Assembly: GCF_000143415.4 (NCBI RefSeq)
Contig: NW_003314284.1
Coordinates: 533,805-597,804, forward strand
Direction of reading: 5' to 3'
Source: Selaginella moellendorffii
Taxonomy: Eukaryota > Plantae > Lycopodiophyta
Length of the DNA: 64,000 bases
In this document: positions 25,046 to 39,584 of the stretch, piece by piece
Position numbering within the stretch: the stretch's first letter is position 1
How the letters are laid out: every line of letters begins with the position of its first letter
The notes under the pieces: generated by a model
Told to the model about the DNA's origin: nothing
The model's input: the letters and a program-made list of their open reading frames with translations, nothing else
The model's database searches: none
Made by a program: the position numbers and the translations under genes

Positions 25046-25246
25046 GCTTGTCCCAGAAATTAACTCTTGATACTAAGGGAGACTTGGGGTGAAAGCCCAA
25101 AGCTTGTCCCAGAAATTAACTCTTGATACTAAGGGAGACTCCCAGAAATTAACTCTTGATACTAAGGGAGACTTGGGGTGAAAGCCCAAAGCTTGTCCCA
25201 GAAATTAACTCTTGATACTAAGGGAGACTTGGGGTGAAAGCCCAAA
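25046..25246 (+). repeat. Tandem array of a ~56-bp unit (about 3.6 copies)
   Basis: Unit GCTTGTCCCAGAAATTAACTCTTGATACTAAGGGAGACTTGGGGTGAAAGCCCAAA. Copies are identical apart from truncations, with no spacers. Confidence 0.95.
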
Positions 25247-25329
25247 GCATGTGTTCTTCTTTAAGGGCAGGGGGGGGGATATAGAGGGTTTCAAATGTAT
25301 AGTAGAGATAGTGGGCAGGTTGGGCATAG

Positions 25330-25524
25330 TGTAAACTCCTGAATTTGGACTTCCCGGGAGGTCACCCAACTCAGTACTATTCAAACCCAAGGACGCTTAA
25401 CTCCAACTATCCCAAGACCCTTAACCGATTGGAAAAGGGGGTGCACTCTTATTCATGGGCCCTTTCCCTCTATATTTGAACCCCAACGGATCGTCTCTCG
25501 AGTCGTTCCCTTTGGTTACTTACA
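25330..25524 (-). mobile_element. Solo LTR carrying a 5S rRNA-derived internal promoter (Cassandra-like)
   Basis: Minus strand TGTAA...TTACA, flanked by CATAG direct repeats (25325-29, 25525-29). Reverse complement of 25347-25402 is AGTTAAGCGTCCTTGGG..TAGTACT..TGGGTGACCTCCCGGGAAGTCC, the 5S box A-IE-box C region. Confidence 0.8.
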
Positions 25525-28500
25525 CATAGTCCACTAACCTAAGGCATAGTGTAGCTCCTGTTTGTATGCCTGTCCTTGTTTTGCATCCGGCTTAAGTCTA
25601 AGCCCAAATTCCACACCATGCTAGTTGGTGGAGTACCCATGTCCTTGTGTTAGGCCACCGGTATGCTAAAATAGCACTAAATTTCATTTGGCTTCGTTTT
25701 GCATGTTGGTCCTAGCATTGGGACTGTTCTAAGTTGCTCTAAACTCCTGTCCCTTCACTTCTTGGGTTGTATACTCAAGAGTTGCTCTGTGGTTCAGTTC
25801 TGTCACTCCTTAGCTCCATGCTTGGGAGTTTAGTACCGTTCCTTCGTTTAGTGGCCCAAGGCCCTAAACCTTAGGTTCCACACCATTGTCCTATGGACAC
25901 ATGGCATATGCCATGTGGCACATGGAGGGTTTAGGTTCCGCTTCGTGGTGTTATCCTATGGTAAATCACTATAAAATATAAAGTTAAAACCATGTGCGCT
26001 ACAATGCTTAAGCAATGGAACTTAAATATGCAACAGTTCATGGGTTTTAGTCTAGATGGATGTAATGTCATGGCTAGTAGCAAGATAGGGGTAGCAACCA
26101 AGCTAAAGGAGATCAATCCCTTCTTAAGCAGTGTTCACTGTATGGCACATCAAGCCAATTTATGTGTGGAAGATGCTTACGGGGATGGAGAATGTGCTAC
26201 ACAATGCACGAAGATTGATAAACTAGTGAATAAGGTAGTAGGTTACTTTAGCAAAAGCTTAAAAACGTTAGCTTAGTTGATGGAAATTGAGATAGGACAT
26301 GATCATACCAAGTTTAAACTATAGTTCATATAGGATACAAGGTGGCTAAGTCATGGAGGGGCTTTCTTTAATCTTTGTGAATGTTTGAAGCTAGTAGCTA
26401 AGTTTTTCACACGAAGGGGCAAGTTGTAACTTTACAATAAACTGAGAACTCTCAAGAACATGTATGTCTTCCATTTTCTGGCTGATATTTTATAGGTGAT
26501 AAGTAGTCTCAATCAGAAATTCCAAGAGAAGTTAATCAACATCACCATAGTTGGACCCTTGTGCCAAGAGACTATTGTGAAGCTAAACCAATATTACATC
26601 AATAATAAGATTGATTTAAACAGTAATCACGTGGATAGCAAATCATATTCATGCATCCTTGATGGTGGTAGTAAGGATGGCTTCCTCCATGTTTTAAGAG
26701 CTTTAATTAAAAGAGATGCTTACAAAACTGCCTTGGAGGAATGGAAAGAATAGAATTTTATTGATATGTGGAGCATTATAAGTTGGGCAAAGAGCTTTCC
26801 AAACTTGCTTCGAGTTTATGAAATTGGGATGGTGCAATGTGTTAGCACTACAAGTTGCAAATGAGGTTTCAGTAGAATAAACTTGATCAAAAACAAGTAC
26901 AGAAACTAGAGGAGTACTAAAACAGTTGATGCTTTTATAACTGAAGGTCTTGAAATTCAGAAGTCTAACTTTGATAAAGTTATGGACCACTGGAAGAAAA
27001 GTGCACATTATCGACAAATTTTCTTGCAATTATAAGCTTGTTTAACCTTATGTTTTTATTAATAAAAGGATTTTTACTTAAGAAAATTTTGATTAGAAGG
27101 TTTAATCCTGGAAATTTTGAAAAATCCTTGAAGGTTGAACTTGAGGAAGATTTTTGCTTTGGAAGGTGAAAGGGTTTGTCAAACGCTGGAGAGATAAGAA
27201 GAGCAAGACAAGAGAACAAAAAGATATTGGTTTTGTAAACTTTAGTTTCTATTTGTATTTTAAAGAATTTTTGTTTAGGGTTTAGGGTTTTTAGTATATC
27301 AAGGATTTTATATTACAGCCTAGAGCTCAGTTTGGGCCATTTGTTAGTTAGAGCTAGTCAACACTCTAGTCAACTCGGATCAGCACCCTAGGATTGCAGA
27401 CTTGGTCCACTAACTGATCAACTTTGAACATATAACATTTGTAAAGCAGTGAGCCTTAGATGTGAGAAAATGTTATTTAGAAGAATTTGGAGGACAATTG
27501 AAACCCAACCTTGGGAAAGTCTACATAACAAAAAAAAATTGTAAAGAAAGCTTTTATCACTTTGCAACAAGAGTAAAGTCATGGCTTTTACTTGCTCTCT
27601 AAGAGTGTATTTTTCACATTGCCAATTCATTGAAACAATTGGACTTTGTTTATGTAGCTTTGAAATTGTTTCACTCTATTCCACTATACTTAATGCTATT
27701 GTTTTTCTTCGCTAGCAACCATGAGAGTAGCTGTCATACATAAGCAATCACAAAAAACAAAAATAAGTTTTAAGCTTACAGCTTTACCATGAGTTGCTGC
27801 CACCATTGAAAGAATGAGTGGCATTCACCAACTTTCACTTGTAATTGTAAATAAAATGAATATGAGAAAAAAGGCCAAAAAGATAGTATTTAAAAATGCA
27901 AGCCTGACAACCAAATATTTTGCTCAAAGTGTTAATATGAACATCAAATTGTCCTTCGATGCTATAAGATTTAGCCACTCCACCTCCATTTTCACAACAA
28001 ATAACAGTTTTGTAGGGTTGTGCTTTTAAGAGATGATATAGAAGATTTATATTGTAACTTTGTTTATATTTTTATCCTTGAACATAAGCAATAACAATAT
28101 CAACCTCTCTATCAAAATAGGATCTTTCCCCAGAACTGGAGTTAGAGCACGTGTACAAGAGGGAAAGGTGTGTTGTGCTAGCCAAAGAGCATTGTTAAGG
28201 GTTGCTAAAGCACACAAGGCCCACAAGATTTTAATGAAACATTTGCCACAATATACAATATGCTTAAGTATATATTCACCTTGGTATGAAGCAAAAAATC
28301 ACATAATGGACCCAAACAACTCCTAACAAAAATAATGCAATTGTTAGAAAGTATCATTAATGATTTCAACATGCTCAAATGCATGCTTGAAAACTCTTGA
28401 AACAATGCTTTAATCCCCACTAAGTTATTACATTTTAACCATTGTACCATTGCAATGCCAGCTTTTTAAAAGACAAATAAGAAACTCATCTGTCTTAAGA

Positions 28501-28888
28501 ATAATAAGTGGTGATCACAAGCTATTACATATAAGGGATTTGCAGCCATTATCACCAAGAAGAGAAACAAAAGAAAAGAAAAATAATAAAGATTTAGACA
28601 GTGTACAAATTAGATCTAAAGAAAAGGCACAAGTCTGAGCATTCTTTGGGGACAATTAGTGCTGCCATCTCCACCAATGTGAAAGCTACAAAAATATGCA
28701 TCTTCATATTCATACATGTAGAAGTTATACTGCCAAGGAAGAAGCTGGATCTTGCTCTGCAATTGATGGGAGGCTGGGAGCTTAGCTAGATTGGAAACTC
28801 TTTGATGCATTGCTGCAAAGGACAATGCTCCTTTAGAACTCCAGTTCCAATCAAAGGAATAATATAGTAGTGGAAATTTGAAACTAGT

Positions 28889-29400
28889 CTAGTTCTTATT
28901 CACGACGTCGATGGAAATGCTGGCTTCCAAGCATCTGTTCTGATCCATCTCCTGGTGGCCGATCAAGGCAAAGCATTCTTCCGGGGCTGATGGTCTCATT
29001 TGCAGGCGCCCGATTCTTCCAGAGGCAAGCGGGGTTCTAGGGTTTTCGGCCCGGGGCGACGATCTGCCAAGGATTCTTCTGGATGATGCACGTTGTCGAG
29101 CTGCAAGTAAATCCGTGGCGAGCCCGGGCAGGCGATTGGGATTCCATGGCTCTCCAGCCAAGGAGACCATAATCCGCCTGGCTCGGAGCTAGAGCCTGTC
29201 AAGCCTCGCAGAAGAACTTACGTGCAAAGTGATTGACAAGCCCACGAACATTCGATGCGGTGACTTACGCTGCCACTGACGCTTTCGCATCACTCCCAGT
29301 TGAAAACGTTTAGTTTTAGTCGCTTGCCAGTTTCTCCGATCCAACAAAAGTAAAACTTTGTCCCTGCCCACAATCGAGATCCCCGGAAACTCTAAGAACA
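28889..29400 (+). pseudogene. Chimeric inverted duplicate: glucose-transporter 5' exon fragment fused to WEX 3' fragment
   Basis: 28889-29157 matches the reverse complement of 22305-22672. 29185-29360 matches the reverse complement of 38080-38350 (SLSSLAEELTCKVIDKPT.IRCGD), including intron remnants. Confidence 0.9.
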
Positions 29401-29408
29401 GGGGACCA

Positions 29409-30782
29409 TCAGCACCAACAGTGCTGGAGTTTCTCTGCGTTTTTTAGCTCTCCACTCCGGCTGAGAAGATCTACAAGAATGCAGTAGTGTTGATCCGACA
29501 CCACAATGCGATGGTCTTCCACCATTCTAGCGAAACAGGCAAAAGCTTCGTCAAGCAAACCAACATGGCTGCACGAACTTAGCACAAAGAGGAAAGAAAC
29601 TTGGTTTGGCTCGACACCATCAAGCTCCATCAAGCTCAGTAACTCCAAAGTCTTCTCGCCTTTTCCAAGGTGTGCGTGCGAGGCCACCATGGCCGTCCAC
29701 AGGACCACATTTTTCTCTACTGGAACAGTTTCGAAAACTTTTGTGGCAGAATCCAAATGCCCTCTTTGGGCATATGCTTGAAACAATATTGTCCATGATA
29801 TAATGTTGGTCTCTTTGATTTCCATAAAAGCGTGTTTTAATCTATCCAAGCTTTCCATATTCGCGCACGCAGTCTCAAACACAGCATTAAACGAGACTAT
29901 GTCCCACTCGGGCATAGTTTCAAAGATCCGTTTTGATTCCTCAAAATACCCCGCTCTGGCAAATGCATAAACCATTGCGTTGTGCGTCACCGTGTCTCTC
30001 TCTTGCATGACGTTATAGAGACAAAATGCCTGCTCTATGTTTCCAGCCCGGATGCAAGCCGACAACATTGTGTTGCAGCACAGCCGACAGAGCTCCGGCA
30101 TTGAGTCAAACACTCGCTTTGCACCGCCAAAATCCCCGACAGCGGCATACTCCGCAATCATGATGTTCCACGAGAAGCTGTTGATTTCCGGCATCTTGCT
30201 AAAAGTATATGCTGCAGCTTGTGTATGCCCGCCGAACGAATATGCCTGCAACAGTGCTGTCCAAGAAACCAAAGTGTGTTCAGGCATGGCATCGAAAAGA
30301 TTCCGGGCATCTTCTGGGCGCCCCGCCTGTGCGTAGAAGGAGATCATCACATTCCACGATATCACGTCCCACTCGGGCATAATTTTGGAAAAGTAGTTTT
30401 CTACAAAGTGGCTGTGCTCCCTGTCCTGGGTATATGCTGAAAGAATCGAGTTCCAAACCACCACTGTCCTCTGCGGCATTGCATCAAACAGCGCCCGTGC
30501 CTCACAAAGATTCCCAAGCTGGGCATATACTCCCACCATGATAGACCATGAGAAGATATTGCGAACCTCCAGTCGATTGAAAACCCGAAGCGCATCCTCC
30601 ACACAGCCAAAGGTCCAATATTTCTGGATCAAAGTATTTCCTAGGAAGGGCTTTTTACCGTTCTCGCTGGTAAAGATTAACTCTTCGACACAATTTAGCT
30701 GTGATTTATCACAGGTAGAAACAAGCTTCTCCAGTGCCGTTTGCGACCACGTAATTTGCCTCACACAAGAGCCCTCCAGCAT
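29409..30782 (-). CDS. PLS-class PPR protein with tandem S/SS motifs, C-terminally truncated near the E domain
   Basis: Repeated ~31-aa motifs (F..MPE.D.VSW..M...YAQ.G), then GVEPNQVSFLFVLSSCSHVG and HYCILVDLLSRSG. No DYW domain. Confidence 0.85.
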   Translation of the reverse strand: MLEGSCVRQITWSQTALEKLVSTCDKSQLNCVEELIFTSENGKKPFLGNTLIQKYWTFGCVEDALRVFNRLEVRNIFSWSIMVGVYAQLGNLCEARALFDAMPQRTVVVWNSILSAYTQDREHSHFVENYFSKIMPEWDVISWNVMISFYAQAGRPEDARNLFDAMPEHTLVSWTALLQAYSFGGHTQAAAYTFSKMPEINSFSWNIMIAEYAAVGDFGGAKRVFDSMPELCRLCCNTMLSACIRAGNIEQAFCLYNVMQERDTVTHNAMVYAFARAGYFEESKRIFETMPEWDIVSFNAVFETACANMESLDRLKHAFMEIKETNIISWTILFQAYAQRGHLDSATKVFETVPVEKNVVLWTAMVASHAHLGKGEKTLELLSLMELDGVEPNQVSFLFVLSSCSHVGLLDEAFACFARMVEDHRIVVSDQHYCILVDLLSRSGELKNAEKLQHCWC

Positions 30783-31279
30783 CAGAGCTTTGTAGGTCAA
30801 TCAGAGGGCTGGTAGTTTTTGTGCTTCTTCTTCCTTTCTTTTCTATAAATGAAAGAAAGAAAACTCCTTGTCTTCATGACGTCGTCGATCATAAAGCTGA
30901 TCCAGTGTCCAGAAAATATCAAAAGCTACTTTTATCTGTAAATCCTGAAGGAGTCCTCGGAGCTACACCTAGGATGATATTGTATCTTTCCTCCCTAGGG
31001 TAATGATCCTAGCCAACTTCTGGGAATCCAGAAATCTTCAAATACGAGAAGATTCTAATATTGTTTTTAAATTTCAAGGGTAATATAACTTTTAATGACA
31101 ATTTACTAAATATTTTTTCTTAGACATTTAGATTTAAGGATTTGGTGGAGTCAGGAATTGAAACAAGTTTAATACTCAAGGAATTAATTTTTGATAATAA
31201 CTATTATAAAATCATGTTATAAATATCTTGTAAAAAAATTTAAAAAAAATACATATGACTTTTATGATTGTGGAATATG

Positions 31280-31875
31280 CAGATTTGGCAGTGAATTTGC
31301 AGGAGCTCTGTTGGCTATGCTGCAACACAATACTCTCAGCTATCCAGGATGGAAACATAGAACAGGCTTTTTGTCTCTAAGAGAGAGCCACTGTGACACT
31401 AGTTTATACAGTTGCCGGAATCAAAATGGGTCTTTGAAACTATATGTTGATTTCCAGCATCTTGCTAAAAATATATGCTGCAGCATCTGCAAGCGAATAT
31501 GCCTGCATCAAAGATACCAAAGTGTGCTCGGACATGGCATTGAAAAGATTCCAGGCATCTTCTGGGTGTCCCACTTTTGGAGAAATAGTTTTCTACAAAG
31601 TGGCCGTGATTCCTGTTCTGGGAATATGCTGGAAGGATCTAGTTCCAAACCACCAGTGTCCTTTGCGGCATTCCATCAAACAGCGCCCATGCCTCGAAAA
31701 CATTCCCAAGCTGGGCCACAATGCCAGGAACCTCCATTCAATTGAAAACGGGAAGCGCATCCTCACATAGCCAAAGGACCCATATTTCTGGATCAAAATA
31801 TTTCATAGGAAGGGATTTTAAAAAAGATCAATTGCAGTGAAATTACGAATTCAATATTTAGAATTTTGTAGGTCA
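31280..31875 (-). pseudogene. PPR pseudogene, paralogue of 29409-30782
   Basis: Collinear blocks match 29900-30800 with many deletions (e.g. TAGTTTTCTACAAAGTGGC, CCATATTTCTGGATCAAA). Confidence 0.85.
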
Positions 31876-33071
31876 TCACCTGACTTTGATCCAAGCTGCT
31901 GCGAATAGGGTACGCCCATAAACGTATGTCCAGAATTGACAATGCAGTGTGTAAAATGGCAGCACTTACCCAGGTATGAAACAGTAGAGTTATCTTGGGA
32001 GCAGAACATCTAGAATTTTCTTCAAAGCATCATACTCTTAACTGCGATCCTCCTAGAGTTGCGATGCGCAACTCATACTCGTATACAACAACACCTACAA
32101 ACAAAATAATCAGGAAAGAATGAAGAAGAAAAACTTCTCAACCTTGCATCTCGTCTTTTGCAGCTTGAGCTTCACCCCTTGCAGGAGCTTCCAAGGTGGC
32201 AAGCATAGTTGGGGCCAGTTTGCTAAGGACAGTGTCCTTAGAGTTTGGAAACCAGTGAGACAGTGTTGAGGCCTAATCTCAGTGATGTTGCAGGTGAAGT
32301 GGGTGTAGTTTGGGAAGGAAGATGATACTTTTGTGGCAAATTTCTTCCAGAGATAGAAACCTTTAAGGTTCATATTAATCTGAATTAGTATATGAGTTTA
32401 TGTATCACTTCCTTCCATTTAAGGTAAATCTTTTCAATTACACCCATCTTGTTTAATGATGTTGGTGATATGAAATTTAATCCATGACTAAGTTCCCAAG
32501 AAATAATTTTAAAATGAATGATTTTGGTGTTTGTAGTGAGGACATACTTAAATTTTTTATCAATAAAATTTTTAAACATGCTGAATTTTGAGTTTTGTGC
32601 CAGCTCCCAACTCTTCAAAATCATATGGCTTCTATGTTTGGATATAACCTCCACCTAAAACAAATATAGTCACAGTTTATCCATTAAAATTTCTATTTTT
32701 CACTTGTTAAATATTTATTTAAATTATGTAAGAAAAAAAAACTTTTAGCTATCATTACAATCGACATCATGAAGATAAGGAGTTTTATCTAAATAGAAAA
32801 AAATAGACAGAAAACAAAGCTAGAAAATTGACGTATAAAATTCTCATAAATTATAATGATAATATTAACCACTAAAGTGATCCAATCAAGTAAGGTCTTT
32901 ATTTCTTCTCTATAAAAAATGCAGAAAGAGATTAATTTGCATTACAAATCAGAAAGTTTACAACAAATTGATGTAACTTTTGATATCTAATTTTCATAAT
33001 ATTCTTTTTCCTCTAATTACTTGAATATCAATTTGGCTAATCTAGTTATAAGCATTTTTGAAATCTGATAA

Positions 33072-35464
<2,393 letters not shown>

Positions 35465-37189
35465 ATAAGTAAAATCTTATCTTTAAAAAGTATGATGAAT
35501 GATCATTTAAAATTTCAAAATTCTAGTTACACCTATTAGGGTTGCAACTTGGCCAAGGTTTGCCAAAACTGCAAAAACTCTTCATAGTCCTATAGAGACA
35601 AATCCCAAGATCGTTATAGTCATGGTAGGTTAGTGTTTTAGCATTTTGTTAAATGGCCTACTAGAGTGGTGTTTCGTCCTTGGTAGGACCCTTTTGGGGT
35701 TGGGGGATCTAGATGGATTGATCTTGTGCTCAATCGCTTCTTCCAGAATGCTTAATGGTGCAAACAAGATCTGATCTAATCTAGTTGGAACTTTGGCAGG
35801 AGTATATTCATGCTCTCGATCCTTGAATACAATTCCTTCCTCACTATATAGATGGTGGGATCCAAAGACAATCACTTATGTGAGTGTGGAAATGCTTAAG
35901 GAGCCTATGAGATCCCAATGATTGATTGTCAATATTTCTTAATAAGTTTTGTCGTGGCCACAAGAAGTGCATTTCTATGCTAGCCTGGTCCAGTAGACAT
36001 TTCCATAGAAATTATAGCTAGATTCAAGCTAGAATATTTCATAATCTCTTCAGAATGGCAAGCATCCCATAACCATTAAGGCTGCAACCCAGCTAGAGCT
36101 AAGCCATGGTAGAGCCAGCCCACAACCATGGCTATGAGTTGGAATCAACCATTGTGTCATAGTGACTGTTTGGTAAGTGCGCTTTGTGAGCTTGATTTTC
36201 TTTTACGTGTATAGACAAGAGTAGGTTTGCTTCCAACGCACATCCAATCGAAAAGAATTTCCAACTTGGAAGAAGGGGTCTGAATGGTGTCCAACATTGG
36301 ACAATGCACAATCCAATCGAATTGGAAGTTCTTACATATACGAGAACAGCCCTAGTGGTTCCATGGGCTATTATACTTGATTGCAGTGACATAATGAGGT
36401 CTGGAGAAAAAAAAGTCTCACCGACGTTGGCAACCAATAAAAAGTCCCAATGTTTGAAATACTCACCCAGACTGAACATGGCTATCCCCAAGCCTTCAGC
36501 ATTCCTACGTTCCATCTGCCAACAATGCTTTAGCAGCTTGGATAAAGAAGGACATAAGGGCTCATGCAAGGCCGAGCAGACTCAAGTGATTGGATTTTGG
36601 ATCAGCTGAGTTTTGTCATGACTGCAGGTGGTGGCATTTGAGTTGCTGTCAACCAGTTTTGGTGGCATGAATGGAACCTTGCAAGGCAAATGTGATTCAC
36701 TTTGACAGCGGGATCTCTTTGAAACAGAATGTTATCAACGAAAGTTTTTCTTGAAACTGAAATAGAAAATGAACTTATTTTAAATGTGGTTTGTCAATTC
36801 TGGTATTGTAACAGCCTCTATCAGACGCAGGAGAATTGCTCGAGCTCCACACTAGCATTTGCATCTCTCAAGATTTGTATTGCTGTTTTTCTTGTGAACA
36901 TAATGATTACTTGTTTTACGCACTTCTTTTTTCTTTTTCCTGCAAACTTTTAACTCTCTAAGGACTTGTGAGCCTCGCCTTGCTATAGACTTGGCATCAG
37001 CATTCGTAATATACTCTGGATTACTTTGGATAGCACTCTCTGTGGCTTCTCTCTCACCACCATTGCCACATCTCCCATTGATTGTAACGCTTAGTGCTTC
37101 TAATTGGGACATGCTGCCTTGTCCCTGGACTTCGTTGCAGGAAACAATGCAGTAAGTTTACTGTTTCATGACACAAGAGACACTCGCAT

Positions 37190-38056
37190 TCGACACTTTT
37201 CCCAAAATGGGAGATGATTGGATTCCCTCTATGTGGATGCGCTTCGGGTTTTAGAGTATATTCCCAGCTTGGGAATTGACAGTGGGAACTGGATTCTTTC
37301 AGCATATCCACTTTGTAGAAAACTCTCTCTCTTAAATTATGCCCGAGATGCCCGGAATCTTTTCGATGCTGTTGCAGGCATATGCTGCAACATCATATGC
37401 TGCAGAATATACGTTTAGCAAGATGCCAGAACTTTTCGTGGAACATCATGCCGCTGGGGAATATTTTTGGCAGTGCAAAGCGAGTGTCTGATTCAATGTA
37501 GGCTGTGCTGCAACACAATGCTGTTGGCTTGCATCTGATTGGAAACATAGAGCAGGCTTTTGTCTCTCTCTATGTGACGCACACATGCATTTGCCAGAAT
37601 TTGGAGAAATCAAAACAGACCTTTGAAACTTCATGGCATCAAAGAGCCCAATATTATATCATGGACAATATTGTTTCAAGCATGCCCAAAATGGGCATTT
37701 GGACGATAGAGAAATGTGGTCCTGTGGACGGCCATGGTGGCCTCACACACACACCTTGGAGAAGGCAGGAATTTGGAGCTACTGAGCTTGATGGTGTCGA
37801 GCCAAACCAGGTTTCTTTCCTCTTCGTGCTAAGTCTGGTTTGCTTGACGAATTTCGCCTGTTTCGCTAGAATGGTGGATGACCAGTGCATTGTTGCGTCG
37901 GATCAACACGACTGCATTCTTGTAGATCTTCTCAGCCGGAGCGGAGAGCTCAAAAACGCAGAGAAACGAAGCACCACTGTGCTTGGTGGTGCTGATGATC
38001 GTAACCCGGAGCCTTGGACAACTGTTCTTGGAGTTTCCGCTGTGGTCATGCCTTGA
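37190..38056 (+). pseudogene. PPR pseudogene, inverted paralogue of 29409-30782
   Basis: ELDGVEPNQVSFLFVLS, CFARMVDD, HDCILVDLLSRSGELKNAEK, WTTVLG. Upstream part is frameshifted and deleted. Confidence 0.85.
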
Positions 38057-38081
38057 CACTGGGAAACCCGTAGATGAAGTA

Positions 38082-39206
38082 TTACTTTTGTTCGCTGGGA
38101 CTTTGTTGGATCACTGGATTGGAGAAACTAGCAAGCGCCTGGTGCAAAACAGAAACGTTCACTTGCGATTTTGAAGGAGAGCTCCATTACATACCTGATA
38201 GAGATGGAGTGATGCGAAAGCGTCAGTGGCAGCGTAGCTAAGTTGTGCTGGAGATAAAGGCTGGAGCTCCCAGTCACCGCATCGAATGTCCGTGGGCTTG
38301 TCAATCACTTTGCACGTAAGTTCTTCCGCGAGGCTTGACAGGCTCCAGCTCTGGCTTCTTTTGAGCTTTTGATTCGCCATGGCGGACAGGTCGACACTCC
38401 CAGTCACAGTGACACCATAGTCGAGCTTCAGTTTAGAGACATCTCCACTTATTCCTATACCAGCCTGAAAGGATTTAAGAAAGAAGAAGAAGACTCTAGG
38501 ATACCTTCGAGATTGTTTCTTCTTCCAGGAGTTTCTGTAATTGTGGAGGGATTCCCGAGTGGAAAATGTGGAAAACGTAGCACCGAGAGCTGTCCAGGCA
38601 CAGCTGCAAAACTGCAGTTCTTCCGGGCACAGCTCCTGCGTCAAAGAGGAGAGTAAAAACCAAGTGAATTCTTTGGCGAAGACCTCTTTACCTCGTTCAA
38701 ATGAAGGCTTCCACTCGGTGTCAAATCCCAAGACTATGTCCCGTGTGCCGTCGGCTTTCAAGGACTCAATGCTTTGGAGCAATTCGGCAGCGGCACTCTC
38801 GGCCTCCTCCGCTGTGCTGGAGTAGAAAACCCTTCCCTTGAATTCCAGACGAGGCAACTTGCTCTTCGCTCCATCTACAAGCACGAATGAAATAAAACAC
38901 AACAAAAAAATAAACACACAGAGAGAGGGAGAAAAAGAATTCCAAAGCAATCAAGAGCAATGCAAGCAAAGCAGCAAGATCATAGTGCTAGAGAAACTCA
39001 CATTGACTAACAGGAGGAGTAAGCCACGAAGCAGGCAGCTGCCTACGTACCCTCTTCGCGTCGGGACGTTCATCGCTCGCCATCGCCGCTTCCTGGGATT
39101 GAATGCCGCGTCGCCCTGCCGGCGTGTCCGATCTGGGCTCCACGGCGCTCAATGCGAGCTCGATGGCCGCCCACTCGTCGGCATCCACCCATTCCACTGG
39201 GACCAT
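38082..39206 (-). CDS. WEX: Werner syndrome-like 3'-5' exonuclease (DEDDy)
   Basis: LGFDTEWKPSF (ExoI), AVLQLC, GIGISGDVSKL, WSLSSL, IRCGDWE.QPLS.AQLSYAATDA (ExoIII). Five exons. Confidence 0.9.
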
Positions 39207-39584
39207 CCCGCCCAAGAGCCCTAAAAAAGCAGAGCCCTAAAGTCAAACAAAGTCAAGGGTTAGGGCAACACTGGAAATTCTCTCTTTATTTTTGCGCAAA
39301 GAAGAAGATTTCGCGCTTCTCTCTCTCCCATCGCCGCCCTTGCGCGCGCGTCGTCAGAGGAGCAAAACAAGAAAGGGAGGAATTTTTCTCTTCCGCGCTT
39401 CCCCTTTTGGGCCATATAATCGCGTCGAGTAGTTTCGTCGCCCTTTGGGTGTGTGTGTGGATTTTTTTGTTCTAGGGTAGAGGCAGCGGTAGCGTTTCCC
39501 GGCGGGCGTCGTCGCCATCGATGCTACTGCGCCACACCACATGAGTCGCAATCCTTTGGCGAGGAGGAGGAGGAGCGCTGCGTG

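Larger units (their letters stand above)
23500..27391 (+). mobile_element. Degenerate hAT DNA transposon with nested insertions at ~24.4-26.0 kb
   Basis: Transposase remnant GFSLDGCNVM..GVATKLKEINPFLSSVHCMAHQANL, TRWLS-like motif and C-terminal dimerisation-like region, with many stops. Boundaries approximate. Confidence 0.8.

Noticed and set aside
25046-25246. CRISPR-like array
   Set aside because: Head-to-tail identical units with no unique spacers, no cas genes and a eukaryotic context.
25347-25402. Functional 5S rRNA gene
   Set aside because: Only the internal control region is present. The 5' GGATGC.. and 3' ends are absent, and the match sits inside a TG..CA unit.
22927-27391. TAGGGTACTG / CAGCACCCTA as hAT terminal inverted repeats
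   Set aside because: Only a 9/10 match with no 8-bp TSD, so it was not used to define the left boundary.
29185-29330. Processed (retro) pseudogene of WEX
   Set aside because: Part of the last intron (AACGTTT.GTTTT) and the downstream genomic flank are retained.
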